Shown here piece after piece: positions 39,041-49,218 of a stretch of 64,000 nt of DNA. A model generated the notes under the pieces. That model was not told the DNA's origin, searched no databases, and was given only the letters and a program-made list of their open reading frames with translations. The DNA lies in IMG/VR virus record IMGVR_UViG_2654587505_000001, positions 102,614-166,613 of that record; one strand, written 5' to 3'. The DNA is from a virus. Its lineage: Duplodnaviria; Caudoviricetes. Position 1 is the first letter of the stretch. Every line of letters starts with the position of its first letter. Position numbers and translations under genes: made by a program.

Positions 39041-39162
39041 TGAATCCAGAAAATAAATTAGGTGAAGTATATTACTCTAATAATGGTGAAAGAGCGACGA
39101 TTATCGGTTGCAAAAGTGGGAATTTTTTAGACTATAGTCAACACAATCAAAGGAGTAGATAG
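39040..39162 (+). pseudogene. Possible N-terminal remnant of a free-standing homing endonuclease
   Basis: 40-aa ORF LGEVYYSNNGERATII between nrdI and nrdE. Confidence 0.35.
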
Positions 39163-39167
39163 TATTA

Positions 39168-41267
39168 ATGGATAAAATTCCAGATTATATCAGACTTAAC
39201 AATGAAATTATGATTCAAAAGGATGGGAAATTTCAATTTGAAAAAGACAAAGAAGCTGTAAAAAGTTACTTTGTTGATTATATTAACCAAAACACAGTAT
39301 TTTTTCATGATTTAAGAGAAAAATTAGATTATCTAGTAGAGAATGATTACTACGAAAAAGAGTTTCTTGATAAGTACTCATTTAAAGAAATCAAAGAAAT
39401 TTTTAAGATTGCTTATGCCAAAAAGTTTCGCTTTCCTTCATTTATGAGCGCCTTTAAATTTTATAATAATTATGCACTTAAAACTTCTGATGACAAAAAG
39501 ATTCTTGAAAGATATGAAGACAGAGTTGCGGTGAATGCTTTATTCTTGGCAGATGGAAATTTTGAAAAAGCGAAGAAATTTGTTAAAGATTTGATTGATG
39601 GTAAGTATCAACCTGCAACACCTACATTTCTATCTGCTGGTCGCAAACGCAGAGGAGAATTGGTTAGTTGTTTCCTTCTTATGGTTGATGATTCCATGAA
39701 TGCTATTGCTAATGCAATTAACAACGCATTACAATTATCAAAACGAGGTGGCGGCGTTTCATTCAACTTGACTGACCTTCGCGCGTTAGGAGATCCAATC
39801 AAAGGAATTGAGAATCGTTGTAGTGGTGTTGTTCCTGTAATGAAACTGCTTGAGGATTCATTCTCTTACGCTAATCAGTTAGGTTCACGAGATGGAGCAG
39901 GAGCAGTATGGTTGAATATTTTCCACCTTGATGTCATCGACTTCCTCTCCACTAAGAAGATAAACGCCGATGAGAAGGCGCGTATTAAAACATTGTCTCT
40001 TGGACTAATTGTTCCTGATAAATTTTTTGAGTTAGTTGAAAAAGATTATGAAATGTATTTATTCTCTCCATATGGGATTCAAAAAGAATATGGGAAACGA
40101 ATGAGTGAAATCGATATTTCTAAAATTTATGAAGAACTAGTCGATAACCCAAGAATTAGAAAAAAGAAAATCAATGCTAGAGATTTACTTACAATGATTG
40201 CACAAGTACAAGTTGAAAGTGGTTATCCATATTTCTTCTTTGAAGATAATGCTAATAGACAACATCCTCTTAGTAATGAAGGAAAGGTAAAATTCTCTAA
40301 TTTATGTACCGAAGTATTGCAACTGTCTGAGACTTCAATAATTAATGATTATTATGAAGATGATGAAATTAAACGTGATATTTCTTGTAATCTTGGATCG
40401 CTCAATATTGTAAATGTAATGGAATCTAAAGATATTGCAGGAGCAGTTTCATCAGGTATTAGAATGCTCAATACGGTGGCAAATAAGACTCGCATTGAAG
40501 CCGTACCAAGTGTCGCTAAAGCCAATGATGAAATGAAAAGTGTAGGATTAGGAGCTATGAACTTACATGGTTTTTTAGCAAAAAATAAAATATCTTATGA
40601 GTCTAAAGATGCTGTAGAATTTGTTCATGCATTTTTTTCAGCAGTAAACTATTATTCAATTTTAGAATCTATGAAGATTGCACAAGAAACAGGATTTATT
40701 TTCAAAGGATTTAAAGGCTCAAAATATGATACTGGCGAATACTTTGAACAATATTTGCAAAATGATTATCATCCAAAAAGTGAAAAAGTAGAAAATTTAT
40801 TCAAAGGAATTGAATTGCCTACAAAAGAAGATTGGAGAGCCTTAAAACAATTAGTTAAGGAAAATGGTTTAGCACATAGTTATAGACTTGCGATTGCTCC
40901 GACGGGTAGTATTAGTTATGTCCAAAGTTCCACAGCTTCAATTTCGCCAATCACAGAAAAAATCGAACACAGAACATACAAAGATAGTGATACATATTAT
41001 CCAATGCCATTCCTTAATGAACAAACATTCTTTTTCTTTAAGGAAGCCTATGATATGGATATGTTTAAAATGATCGATGTTTACGCGGCGGCGCAAGAAC
41101 ATATCGATCAAGGAATTTCATGTACTTTATATGTCAAAGATACAATTACTACTCGTGAACTGTCTATGTATTATATTTATGCATGGAAAAAGAATTTAAA
41201 AACATTATATTACACAAGAACTAAAATGACAAATAACATTAATGAATGTGTAAGCTGTTCTGTGTAA
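39168..41267 (+). CDS. nrdE: Ribonucleotide reductase class Ib alpha subunit
   Basis: PATPTF, VSCF, SNLCTE, APTGSIS, C-terminal CVSC; no intein or intron. Confidence 0.97.
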   Translation: MDKIPDYIRLNNEIMIQKDGKFQFEKDKEAVKSYFVDYINQNTVFFHDLREKLDYLVENDYYEKEFLDKYSFKEIKEIFKIAYAKKFRFPSFMSAFKFYNNYALKTSDDKKILERYEDRVAVNALFLADGNFEKAKKFVKDLIDGKYQPATPTFLSAGRKRRGELVSCFLLMVDDSMNAIANAINNALQLSKRGGGVSFNLTDLRALGDPIKGIENRCSGVVPVMKLLEDSFSYANQLGSRDGAGAVWLNIFHLDVIDFLSTKKINADEKARIKTLSLGLIVPDKFFELVEKDYEMYLFSPYGIQKEYGKRMSEIDISKIYEELVDNPRIRKKKINARDLLTMIAQVQVESGYPYFFFEDNANRQHPLSNEGKVKFSNLCTEVLQLSETSIINDYYEDDEIKRDISCNLGSLNIVNVMESKDIAGAVSSGIRMLNTVANKTRIEAVPSVAKANDEMKSVGLGAMNLHGFLAKNKISYESKDAVEFVHAFFSAVNYYSILESMKIAQETGFIFKGFKGSKYDTGEYFEQYLQNDYHPKSEKVENLFKGIELPTKEDWRALKQLVKENGLAHSYRLAIAPTGSISYVQSSTASISPITEKIEHRTYKDSDTYYPMPFLNEQTFFFFKEAYDMDMFKMIDVYAAAQEHIDQGISCTLYVKDTITTRELSMYYIYAWKKNLKTLYYTRTKMTNNINECVSCSV

Positions 41268-41285
41268 GTAAAATATATTTGGAGG

Positions 41286-42266
41286 TTGTATAATTTGATT
41301 GAAGCGGTAAATTGGGATAATACAACTAGTGATTTTGCTAAGATATTTTGGGATCAAAACACTAAGCAATTTTGGCTTGATACAGAAATCCCTATATCTA
41401 AAGATAAAAAGACTTGGGAAGAATTAAGTGATATAGAACAAGATGTTTATATGAAAGTATTGGGAGGACTCACCTTGCTTGATACAGAGCAAGGTGGAGT
41501 CGGTATGCCACTCATATCTATGCATGTTCAGGACTTACAAGAAAAAGCCGTTTTAACATTTATGGCAGCTATGGAACAAGTTCATGCTAAAAGTTATAGT
41601 ACAATCTTTACAACACTTGCAAGTAAACAAAAAATTGAACAGGTGTTTGAATGGGTTAAACATGATAAATGGCTTCAAGATAAATCAAGATTAATTGAAA
41701 GTTATTATAAAAATATAACTGATGAATATTCACTAGCACAAGCTATGATTGCCTCTGTATTCTTAGAATCTTATATGTTTTACTCTGGATTTTTTTATCC
41801 TTTATTACTTGCAGGACAAGGAAAATTGAAGAACTCAGGAGAGATTATATCCTTAATTATTCGTGATGAATCAATTCATGGAGTTTTTGTTGGTCTTCTG
41901 TATCAAAAACTCATTTCTAAATTTTCCGCCGAACAAAGTGAAAAATTAAGAAACTTTTCTATTGAACTTCTTAATAAACTGTATGAAATTGAGTGTCGAT
42001 ACACAGAAGAAATTTATGATATTTTAAATTTATCTTCAGATGTTAAAAAATTTATTAGATACAATGCAAACAAAGCATTAATGAATCTTGGTTATGAACC
42101 ACATTTTGCAAATGAAGAAATAAATTCTGTTGTATTGAATGGACTGAGCACTGAAACACGAACTCACGACTTTTTCTCACAAAAAGGAAATGGTTATGCA
42201 AAGATTAAAGTAGAACCATTAAAGGATGAAGATTTTGAATTTATTTATAGCCTTACAAAAAAATAA
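41286..42266 (+). CDS. nrdF: Ribonucleotide reductase class Ib beta subunit
   Basis: LTLLDT, EQVHAKSY, RDESIHG, HDFFS. Confidence 0.97.
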   Translation: MYNLIEAVNWDNTTSDFAKIFWDQNTKQFWLDTEIPISKDKKTWEELSDIEQDVYMKVLGGLTLLDTEQGGVGMPLISMHVQDLQEKAVLTFMAAMEQVHAKSYSTIFTTLASKQKIEQVFEWVKHDKWLQDKSRLIESYYKNITDEYSLAQAMIASVFLESYMFYSGFFYPLLLAGQGKLKNSGEIISLIIRDESIHGVFVGLLYQKLISKFSAEQSEKLRNFSIELLNKLYEIECRYTEEIYDILNLSSDVKKFIRYNANKALMNLGYEPHFANEEINSVVLNGLSTETRTHDFFSQKGNGYAKIKVEPLKDEDFEFIYSLTKK

Positions 42267-42280
42267 TAAAAGGAGTTTTT

Positions 42281-42787
42281 ATGACAAGTAACAATAAATC
42301 TAACTATGAATCAGTACGTGAGTTCCATGCAGCATTTTCATATCCCATGCCTTCTGAACCAACACCAATGGACGAAGAAATGGTATTAAATCGAATGGGA
42401 TTTCTTGGGGAGGAGATGATTGAGTTGCTTCATGCAACTTCAGAATCCCCGAAACAATTTAGAGAGATGTTTAAAAAGCTACTTGAAAGATTAGAACAAT
42501 CATATGCAAAACAATCTTTAAAACCATTTCCTGAAGATAAATTGGTCGCTCAAGCTGATGCATGTTTAGATATGAGATATTTTAATAGTGGCGATTTCAC
42601 GCTACTTGGGATCAATCCTGACCCACTGTTTGAAATTGTGCATAGTTGCAATATGAAAAAGTTATTTCCAGACGGTAAACCGCGCTATAATGAGCATGGT
42701 AAGATTCAAAAGCCTGAAGGTTGGAACCCTCCAGAACCACTTCTAGAAGCTGAAATCCAACGTCAAATTGAAGAAGCACAAAAATAA
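42281..42787 (+). CDS. All-alpha NTP pyrophosphatase (MazG-like/dUTPase)
   Basis: VREFH, EEMIE, ADACLD, VHSCNMKK, GKIQKPEGW. Confidence 0.8.
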   Translation: MTSNNKSNYESVREFHAAFSYPMPSEPTPMDEEMVLNRMGFLGEEMIELLHATSESPKQFREMFKKLLERLEQSYAKQSLKPFPEDKLVAQADACLDMRYFNSGDFTLLGINPDPLFEIVHSCNMKKLFPDGKPRYNEHGKIQKPEGWNPPEPLLEAEIQRQIEEAQK

Positions 42788-42796
42788 TACATAATT

Positions 42797-42821
42797 GGGA
42801 GATGCTACGGTATCTCCCTTT
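42797..42821 (+). terminator. Hairpin/terminator
   Basis: GGGAGATGC-TACG-GTATCTCCC then TTT. Confidence 0.55.
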
Positions 42822-42843
42822 AATATCACACTAAGGAGGATTT

Positions 42844-43638
42844 ATGAAACAATACCTCGATTTACTTAAAGATGTATTAAACAATGGAACTATCAAAACA
42901 GATCGTACAGGTACAGGAACAATCTCTGTTTTTGGAAGGCAACTTAGATTTAATTTACAGGAAGGATTTCCACTTTTGACAACCAAGAAACTCCATCTTA
43001 AATCAATTATCCATGAATTATTATGGTTCCTGTCTGGAGAAACGAATATCCAATATCTAAAAGATAATGGTGTGAAAATTTGGGATGAGTGGGCTGATGA
43101 AAAAGGTAATCTTGGTCGTGTCTACGGTTCTCAGTGGCGCACATGGACAACTGCAGATGGGAAGACTATTGATCAAATAACACAGGTTATTAATCAAATT
43201 AAATTCAATCCAGATTCTAGAAGGCATCTCGTTTTAGCATGGAATGTTGGAGAAATCGATCAGATGGCTTTGCCGCCGTGTCATTATGCATTTCAATTTT
43301 ATGTAGTTAATAATAAACTTTCTTGTATGTTTAACATGCGTTCTACAGATGTTTTCTTAGGACTACCATTTAATATTGCTTCATACGCATTACTTACAAT
43401 GATGGTAGCCCAAGTATGCGATTTAGAGATTGGAGAATTAATTTATACAGGTGGAGATATACACATTTATTCCAATCATATTGAACAGGTTAAACTTCAA
43501 CTCACAAGAGAACCGAAACCACTACCAACAATGAAGATTGATCCAAAAATTAAAGATATCTTTTCTTTTAAATATGATCATTTTACTTTAGAAAATTATG
43601 ATGCACATCCTCATATCAAAGGAGAGGTATCTGTTTGA
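42844..43638 (+). CDS. thyA: Thymidylate synthase
   Basis: [30 protein letters not shown]. Confidence 0.97.
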   Translation: MKQYLDLLKDVLNNGTIKTDRTGTGTISVFGRQLRFNLQEGFPLLTTKKLHLKSIIHELLWFLSGETNIQYLKDNGVKIWDEWADEKGNLGRVYGSQWRTWTTADGKTIDQITQVINQIKFNPDSRRHLVLAWNVGEIDQMALPPCHYAFQFYVVNNKLSCMFNMRSTDVFLGLPFNIASYALLTMMVAQVCDLEIGELIYTGGDIHIYSNHIEQVKLQLTREPKPLPTMKIDPKIKDIFSFKYDHFTLENYDAHPHIKGEVSV

Positions 43639-44114
43639 TCTCTCTAATTGTTGCTCACGACAAAAACAGATTGATTGGTTCAAACAATTCTTTACCTTGG
43701 TATCTGCCTAATGATTTATCTCATTTCAAGAAAATAACTACTGGAAATATTGTAGTCATGGGGAAAAATACTTATGAGTCCATAGGCAAGCCTTTGTCTA
43801 ATAGAATAAATGTTATTTTAACTAGAGATAACTCATGTAAAATTGAAGGTTGTATTGTTTCTAATTCAATTCATAAATTATTACAAAATATATGTGTTGA
43901 AGAAGAAATCTTTATAATCGGTGGAGCAAATGTTTATTCTCAATTTATGACTATCGCAGATAAATTGTACGTGACTTACATCGATCATCAATTTGAGGGC
44001 GATACCTATTTCCCTGAATATGAATCAAATTTCAAATTAATAGGCGATGAAAAAGGCATGAAAGACGATAAAAATCCATATGATTATTATTTTAGAGAGT
44101 ACGTAAGAAAATAA
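43635..44114 (+). CDS. dfrA: Dihydrofolate reductase
   Basis: [26 protein letters not shown]. Confidence 0.95.
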   Translation: MISLIVAHDKNRLIGSNNSLPWYLPNDLSHFKKITTGNIVVMGKNTYESIGKPLSNRINVILTRDNSCKIEGCIVSNSIHKLLQNICVEEEIFIIGGANVYSQFMTIADKLYVTYIDHQFEGDTYFPEYESNFKLIGDEKGMKDDKNPYDYYFREYVRK

Positions 44115-44216
44115 AAAATAACATATTGACTAAAATATAATATCATGCTATATTTAATCCATAAGGTTTCTACCATATGGATTATTTTTTTATTCAATGG
44201 AAAGGAGAATAAACAA

Positions 44217-44774
44217 TTGCAGAAACCCAATTTAAACGTAAAAAATATCCGTCTTACAACTCATGCACACGAAAGAATTGAAGAACGTTTTAAAATCAAA
44301 GACAAAACATCAGCACTAAATCATGTCAAATCATTGCTAGGTAGAGCTAAATACATAGGTGAAATTGTTGGTGAAGACGGTAATAGATCGCATATGTATA
44401 CGGCTGATAAAATTGCAATACATATTAACTTAGACTTAACTGCAATATTAACTGTATATCCTATCGACTCGCACGGTCAATATTTTGGACTAAAAGAAAA
44501 AGTTAAAAATTTATACGAAAAAGAATTTAGAAAAGTAGATAGAATAGAACGTTCAATGTTAAGAAGAATGGAACATCTAAAACTTAAAACAGAAGCAGAA
44601 ATATCAGCATTAAAGTATAGAAAATACAAAACACGATCAAAAAATGTAAAAGAAGAATGTGAAAAAATGATTGCTAATCTCAATAACCAAGTGAATGATT
44701 TAGATTTAAAAATAAAAAATATTCAAAATAATAAAAGAGAGATTGCAAGAGCATACGCAACAGTGGTATTATAA
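44217..44774 (+). CDS. Hypothetical protein (THAxER motif plus coiled coil)
   Basis: RBS AAGGAG, TTG 44217. Confidence 0.65.
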   Translation: MQKPNLNVKNIRLTTHAHERIEERFKIKDKTSALNHVKSLLGRAKYIGEIVGEDGNRSHMYTADKIAIHINLDLTAILTVYPIDSHGQYFGLKEKVKNLYEKEFRKVDRIERSMLRRMEHLKLKTEAEISALKYRKYKTRSKNVKEECEKMIANLNNQVNDLDLKIKNIQNNKREIARAYATVVL

Positions 44775-44889
44775 ATACATAACATACATAATAAATACAT
44801 GGGAGTAATATAATGCAATTATCCGAATCAGCAAAATTTTTTACTGACGAAAAATCACTAAATATCATAGTAGTTAAGGGGATGGGGAG

Positions 44890-45513
44890 TTGAACTGGAA
44901 TTATATAAAAAGAAATAAGAAACTCAATAATGAAGAGTTAATCACTAAAGCAAAATCAGGTGACAATGAAGCAAAAGAATTATTGTTCAAAAATAATATT
45001 CCATCGATCTATAAAATAGTGAGAAGATGGAAGAAAATGGGGTGTAATATTGAAACTGAAGAACTTATCAGCATAGGCTGTCTAGGGATGCAAAAAGCAT
45101 ACAATTTTTATGACCCAACTAAAGGTTTCAAATTTACCACTTTGTTATATACAGCTATTAATAATGAGATTAAATATCATGTAAGAGCGACAAAACTTAA
45201 TAAAAGAGATTATTATCACATTATCAGTCTTGATAAACCTCATGAAGACGGAGATACACTTTATAACATAGTATCAGATACTAATATTATTGATCCTTTT
45301 TCACTAACCAATTCTATTTTCTTACGTAATTTATTAATAAAATTCTATGAAACTGCCACCGAAAGAGAAAAAATCATTATACATAAAATATACTATGAAG
45401 GCATTAGTGGAAGAGAATTGTCGGATGAATTAGGTATTACCCATCAAAGAGTTTCACAAATACATAAAAAAATTTTAGAAAAATTAAAGTGTATGACAGA
45501 GGAATCAGCATAA
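44890..45513 (+). CDS. Sigma-70 family factor (sporulation-sigma-like)
   Basis: AKSGDNEA, EELISIG, YDPTKGFKFTT, SLD, GITHQRVSQI. Confidence 0.85.
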   Translation: MNWNYIKRNKKLNNEELITKAKSGDNEAKELLFKNNIPSIYKIVRRWKKMGCNIETEELISIGCLGMQKAYNFYDPTKGFKFTTLLYTAINNEIKYHVRATKLNKRDYYHIISLDKPHEDGDTLYNIVSDTNIIDPFSLTNSIFLRNLLIKFYETATEREKIIIHKIYYEGISGRELSDELGITHQRVSQIHKKILEKLKCMTEESA

Positions 45514-45547
45514 AACAAAATATATACATTATTTGGAGTGAATGATA

Positions 45548-46273
45548 TTGAAAAGAAAACTTGTTATTAGTGATATCCATGGTTGTTATGAAGAATTCAA
45601 TGAACTATTGGCTCTAGTAAAATACAATCCCTCAGAAGATAGACTTATTCTTCTAGGCGATTACATTGATCGAGGCCTCAAAAGCAAGGAAGTTGTTGAG
45701 CAAGTAAAAGCCCTTCATGAAGAATGGGGAGTAATTACACTCAAAGGAAACCATGATCAAATGTTCTTAGACTCACTTGATAATCAAGATGACAGTACAT
45801 TCCTTTACAATGGTGGTCTTGATACAATCAATAGTTACTGTGGAGTCAATTGGTTTGAGGATGGTTTTACAATGAATAGATTTCAAGAAGCAAAACAATT
45901 CATTCAAAAGCATTATGGTCATCACATTGATTTTCTTAAATCCTTGTCATACTATCATGAAGATGATGAATATATTTATGTTCATGCAGGTTTGAACCCT
46001 CTGTATGAAAACTGGAAAGAACAACCCAAAGATAATTTCTTATGGACTAGAGACGTTTTCTTAAATAACCCCACATTAGTAGATAAAACAGTCATCTTTG
46101 GACATACACCTACAATCAATATGCAAGAAACAGAAGACATCTGGTTTACTGGAGACAAAATAGGAATAGATGGTGGATGTTGCTTTGGTCTTCAACTGAA
46201 TTGCTTAGAAATTAATGATGAAGATGGATACAAACAATACTATGTGGAAAGCAAAAATAAAAGAAGAAAATAA
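45548..46273 (+). CDS. Ser/Thr protein phosphatase-type metallophosphoesterase
   Basis: SDIHG, GDYIDRG, GNHD, VHAG, GHT, IDGG. Confidence 0.9.
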   Translation: MKRKLVISDIHGCYEEFNELLALVKYNPSEDRLILLGDYIDRGLKSKEVVEQVKALHEEWGVITLKGNHDQMFLDSLDNQDDSTFLYNGGLDTINSYCGVNWFEDGFTMNRFQEAKQFIQKHYGHHIDFLKSLSYYHEDDEYIYVHAGLNPLYENWKEQPKDNFLWTRDVFLNNPTLVDKTVIFGHTPTINMQETEDIWFTGDKIGIDGGCCFGLQLNCLEINDEDGYKQYYVESKNKRRK

Positions 46274-46361
46274 TTAGAGTAAAGTGAGATGATGAAATGA
46301 GTTATGGAAGAAATCCTCATTGCATTGAAAGAACGATTTTAAGGGAGATGAGAGATAAGAA

Positions 46362-46808
46362 ATGTTAAAGAACGAACTTAGTTTTATTGGTGAGAACATG
46401 AAAACATATTACTTCTTTATGAGCACCATTGGTACAATAGCAGTTATTTTCGGATTTATGGAAAATATACCAAAGTTCATTTACATACCATCAGTGATTA
46501 TAGCAATTGGTGCTTACTTATTTTCATTACACTTCTTATTATTTGGTCATCGTAGCAAAAGAACAAAAGAAGAACGAGCAAAAATTTATAAAGAAGGCTA
46601 TGATCACGGTAGATTCGATGAAGAGATGGATAAGACATATAGTATGGGAAAGTATGCTAACGAATCGGATAGTCCATTTAAAGGAAATTGCCCTGACTGT
46701 AGTTATCCACTACCTAACAATATTGGATTGTGCCATACAGGAGAATGCAAGAAATTACGTTGGATATTATTGAAAGGGGATAAATATGACAATAGATCAA
46801 GTTATTGA
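46362..46808 (+). CDS. Membrane protein
   Basis: Two hydrophobic segments, C-terminal CPDC. Confidence 0.55.
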   Translation: MLKNELSFIGENMKTYYFFMSTIGTIAVIFGFMENIPKFIYIPSVIIAIGAYLFSLHFLLFGHRSKRTKEERAKIYKEGYDHGRFDEEMDKTYSMGKYANESDSPFKGNCPDCSYPLPNNIGLCHTGECKKLRWILLKGDKYDNRSSY

Positions 46809-47385
46809 GTTAGGTAAAATAAATTATGATAGCAGTGTTTTTAGTTTAGATTATTGGATATGGTGGGTTATTATAATATTGCTCTTAATAATTGAATTGT
46901 CAATTTGGTTATTCGACTCTTTCTTAGATAATGAAGAAGTAAAAGGAAAATGTATCCTATTATCCGTTATAGTATTTATGTGTTTGCTTGGGTGGAATGG
47001 TCTCGCAGATATGAATAAAGAAGAAGAACTAATAGAGAAATGGAAAAGTGAAGTGGCCTATCCATATATCTCGAAACTTCCAGAAGAAAAAAGAGAAGTG
47101 GTTTACATTAAAATTGATCCTGAGCTAAGTCACAAAAAAACAGGTGGTTGGTTATATACATATAGTACTGAAGTGCAGCGAACACCACTTACTATATCAT
47201 TTAAGGGAAATGGTGTAGAGACATATACGAATTGGTATGAGACACACATGGAGTTATCTCATGAGCAACGTCCATACGTCACATTTAAAAGGTTAGAAAG
47301 GGACTTAGGTCATAACGTTAACAAAGGATTGTATGATGTTAAAGTTTATTTGCCTGATAGTTATCAGTTTATTGAAATAAAATAA
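46786..47385 (+). CDS. Membrane-anchored protein
   Basis: Two hydrophobic segments then soluble domain. Confidence 0.65.
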   Translation: MTIDQVIELGKINYDSSVFSLDYWIWWVIIILLLIIELSIWLFDSFLDNEEVKGKCILLSVIVFMCLLGWNGLADMNKEEELIEKWKSEVAYPYISKLPEEKREVVYIKIDPELSHKKTGGWLYTYSTEVQRTPLTISFKGNGVETYTNWYETHMELSHEQRPYVTFKRLERDLGHNVNKGLYDVKVYLPDSYQFIEIK

Positions 47386-47427
47386 GTCACTTAAAATTCC
47401 AGTTTCATGGCGAAAGGAGAGCATGAA

Positions 47428-47679
47428 GTGAAAGTAAAACTAAGGAACATCACGCTTGGTACAGAAAATGAAAATCCTTTTGATCTAGAGGACGAAGGAG
47501 AATTTTATGGGGTTGCAAAATTAGAAATCGAACAGGAGGTTGGTAAAATATACAATCAAACAATAAGGTACAAAAATGATGAATTTTATTTGAATATCTC
47601 TTGTATGCCAGAGGAATTGCAATTAAAAGCAAAAGAATTTTTCGATCTACTTAAAAAAGAAATCTGTAAATTACGATAA
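47428..47679 (+). CDS. Hypothetical phage protein
   Basis: RBS AAGGAG; between palindromes. Confidence 0.6.
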   Translation: MKVKLRNITLGTENENPFDLEDEGEFYGVAKLEIEQEVGKIYNQTIRYKNDEFYLNISCMPEELQLKAKEFFDLLKKEICKLR

Positions 47680-47713
47680 AATACACTGTTTCATTAGAAA
47701 AAGGAGAATACAA

Positions 47714-48058
47714 ATGAAAAAATTTAAAATGCGTATGTATGACAAGAAACACAATGTAATGGAGTATATTGACTATTGTTATTATTTTGAAGAGAACGGA
47801 ATCCATGAATTGAGAGATTTTCGAGAATATGAAATTCCTATGTTCTCTACGGGTAAAACAGACAATGATGGAGCGGAACTTTGAGAGGGTGATAAACTTA
47901 CTAATGGGTACGTGTATGGTGAAATTGTTTATTCGGAAGAACATGCTGCATTCATGATGAAATATCTTCATTTGAATGAAAACAATTTGATCACTCTCAA
48001 GGAAGCACTCTATAGGGGATTCTACAGGATTGGCAACGTGTACTATGATGAACATTAA
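47714..48058 (+). pseudogene. YopX-family gene with internal TGA at 47882
   Basis: FKMRMYDK...STGKTDNDGAEL*EGD...IGNVY. Confidence 0.8.
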
Positions 48059-48102
48059 AAGTTATGAAATACACTGTTTTATCAGGAGAAGGGGATGAAA
48101 AA

Positions 48103-48615
48103 ATGGAAGTATGGTTTACCGCTGATACACACTTTGGACATAAGAATATTATTGCTTATGAGAATCGACCATTTAATTCTGTCGAGGAAATGGATGAAGA
48201 ATTAATTGATAATTGGAATTCTTATGTGGAACCATACGATTTAATTTTTCACTTAGGAGATGTATTCTTTTACAATTCAAAAAAGCAGCAAGAAATGATT
48301 CCTAGATTGAATGGTAGAAAGATATTAATTCGTGGTAATCATGACGAGGGATATAGTGATTCAAAATTTCACCAACTGGGATTTGATGTACATAATTATT
48401 ATATTTTTGATAAGTTTCTATTGAGTCATTATCCTCAACAAGAAGAAGCGCTCTGGGAACTAATTTTACAAACTGATATTATTGGTAATGTTCATGGGCA
48501 TGTTCATTCACGGATTCAAGGTTTAGATCAGAATATTTATAAGTGCGTTAGTGTTGAATTGGGACAGTATAGACCATTTCATATAGATGAAATTTATCGG
48601 CATTTTGGAAGATGA
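48103..48615 (+). CDS. Calcineurin-like phosphoesterase
   Basis: ADTHFGH, LGD, GNHD, HYP, HGHVH. Confidence 0.9.
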   Translation: MEVWFTADTHFGHKNIIAYENRPFNSVEEMDEELIDNWNSYVEPYDLIFHLGDVFFYNSKKQQEMIPRLNGRKILIRGNHDEGYSDSKFHQLGFDVHNYYIFDKFLLSHYPQQEEALWELILQTDIIGNVHGHVHSRIQGLDQNIYKCVSVELGQYRPFHIDEIYRHFGR

Positions 48616-48664
48616 AATATTTATATGTAGCAAATGAAACTCAAGATTTTATTAGAAAAGCAAG

Positions 48665-48745
48665 ATGCAAGATGAACTAGTTCAATACTTCATTGTAAAC
48701 TCGGAACTTGATATGTCAGTAGGAAAGATTGCTGCTTAAGTAGCT
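48665..48745 (+). pseudogene. Remnant of a Pth2-type peptidyl-tRNA hydrolase
   Basis: LVQYFIVNSELDMSVGKIAA*VA, compare the Pth2 motif MSxGKxAAQxAH. Confidence 0.6.
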
Positions 48746-48808
48746 AATTATTGTATAAAAATTAATCTCAAATGGAGATTAGAACAAAAAAAATTATTTT
48801 ATAGGGAG

Positions 48809-49162
48809 ATGAATAAAAATATGAGAAATTATGAAGAAATCCTAGCGACTAAAATTGATCAAAAACTCAAATCAGTTGTTTGTAATAAGTGTGGGAAAAC
48901 AAGTGAAGTCACATGGAATGAACATGACCATGAATACTGGGGCCATGAAGATATGCATCATGTAGATGTGACATTTGAAGAAGAAGATAACAAGTATCGT
49001 TCAAAATGTTGGTTGTTTGATCTTTGTGATGAATGTTTGGTTGGATTTGTGAAGACATTCAAACATGCTCCAGATTGGTTTAGAGGAAATTATGGACACA
49101 GCACACAAAGAATATTTGAAGAATGGGTTAGCAACGGTTGTAAGTCATACGATAGGTTTTAG
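48809..49162 (+). CDS. Zn-binding protein, paralogue of 32008-32439
   Basis: VCNKCG...FDLCDECLV..KTFK. Confidence 0.7.
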   Translation: MNKNMRNYEEILATKIDQKLKSVVCNKCGKTSEVTWNEHDHEYWGHEDMHHVDVTFEEEDNKYRSKCWLFDLCDECLVGFVKTFKHAPDWFRGNYGHSTQRIFEEWVSNGCKSYDRF

Positions 49163-49218
49163 AAAATTAAAATAAAAGATGCATTTTATTAGGAACAAAA
49201 AATAAAACGGAGAGTGAT

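Noticed and set aside
14436-48745. Stop-codon reassignment (TGA=Trp or TAG readthrough)
   Set aside because: TGG is common, TGA ends thyA and dnaE, and all three stop types occur as internal stops; point mutation is simpler
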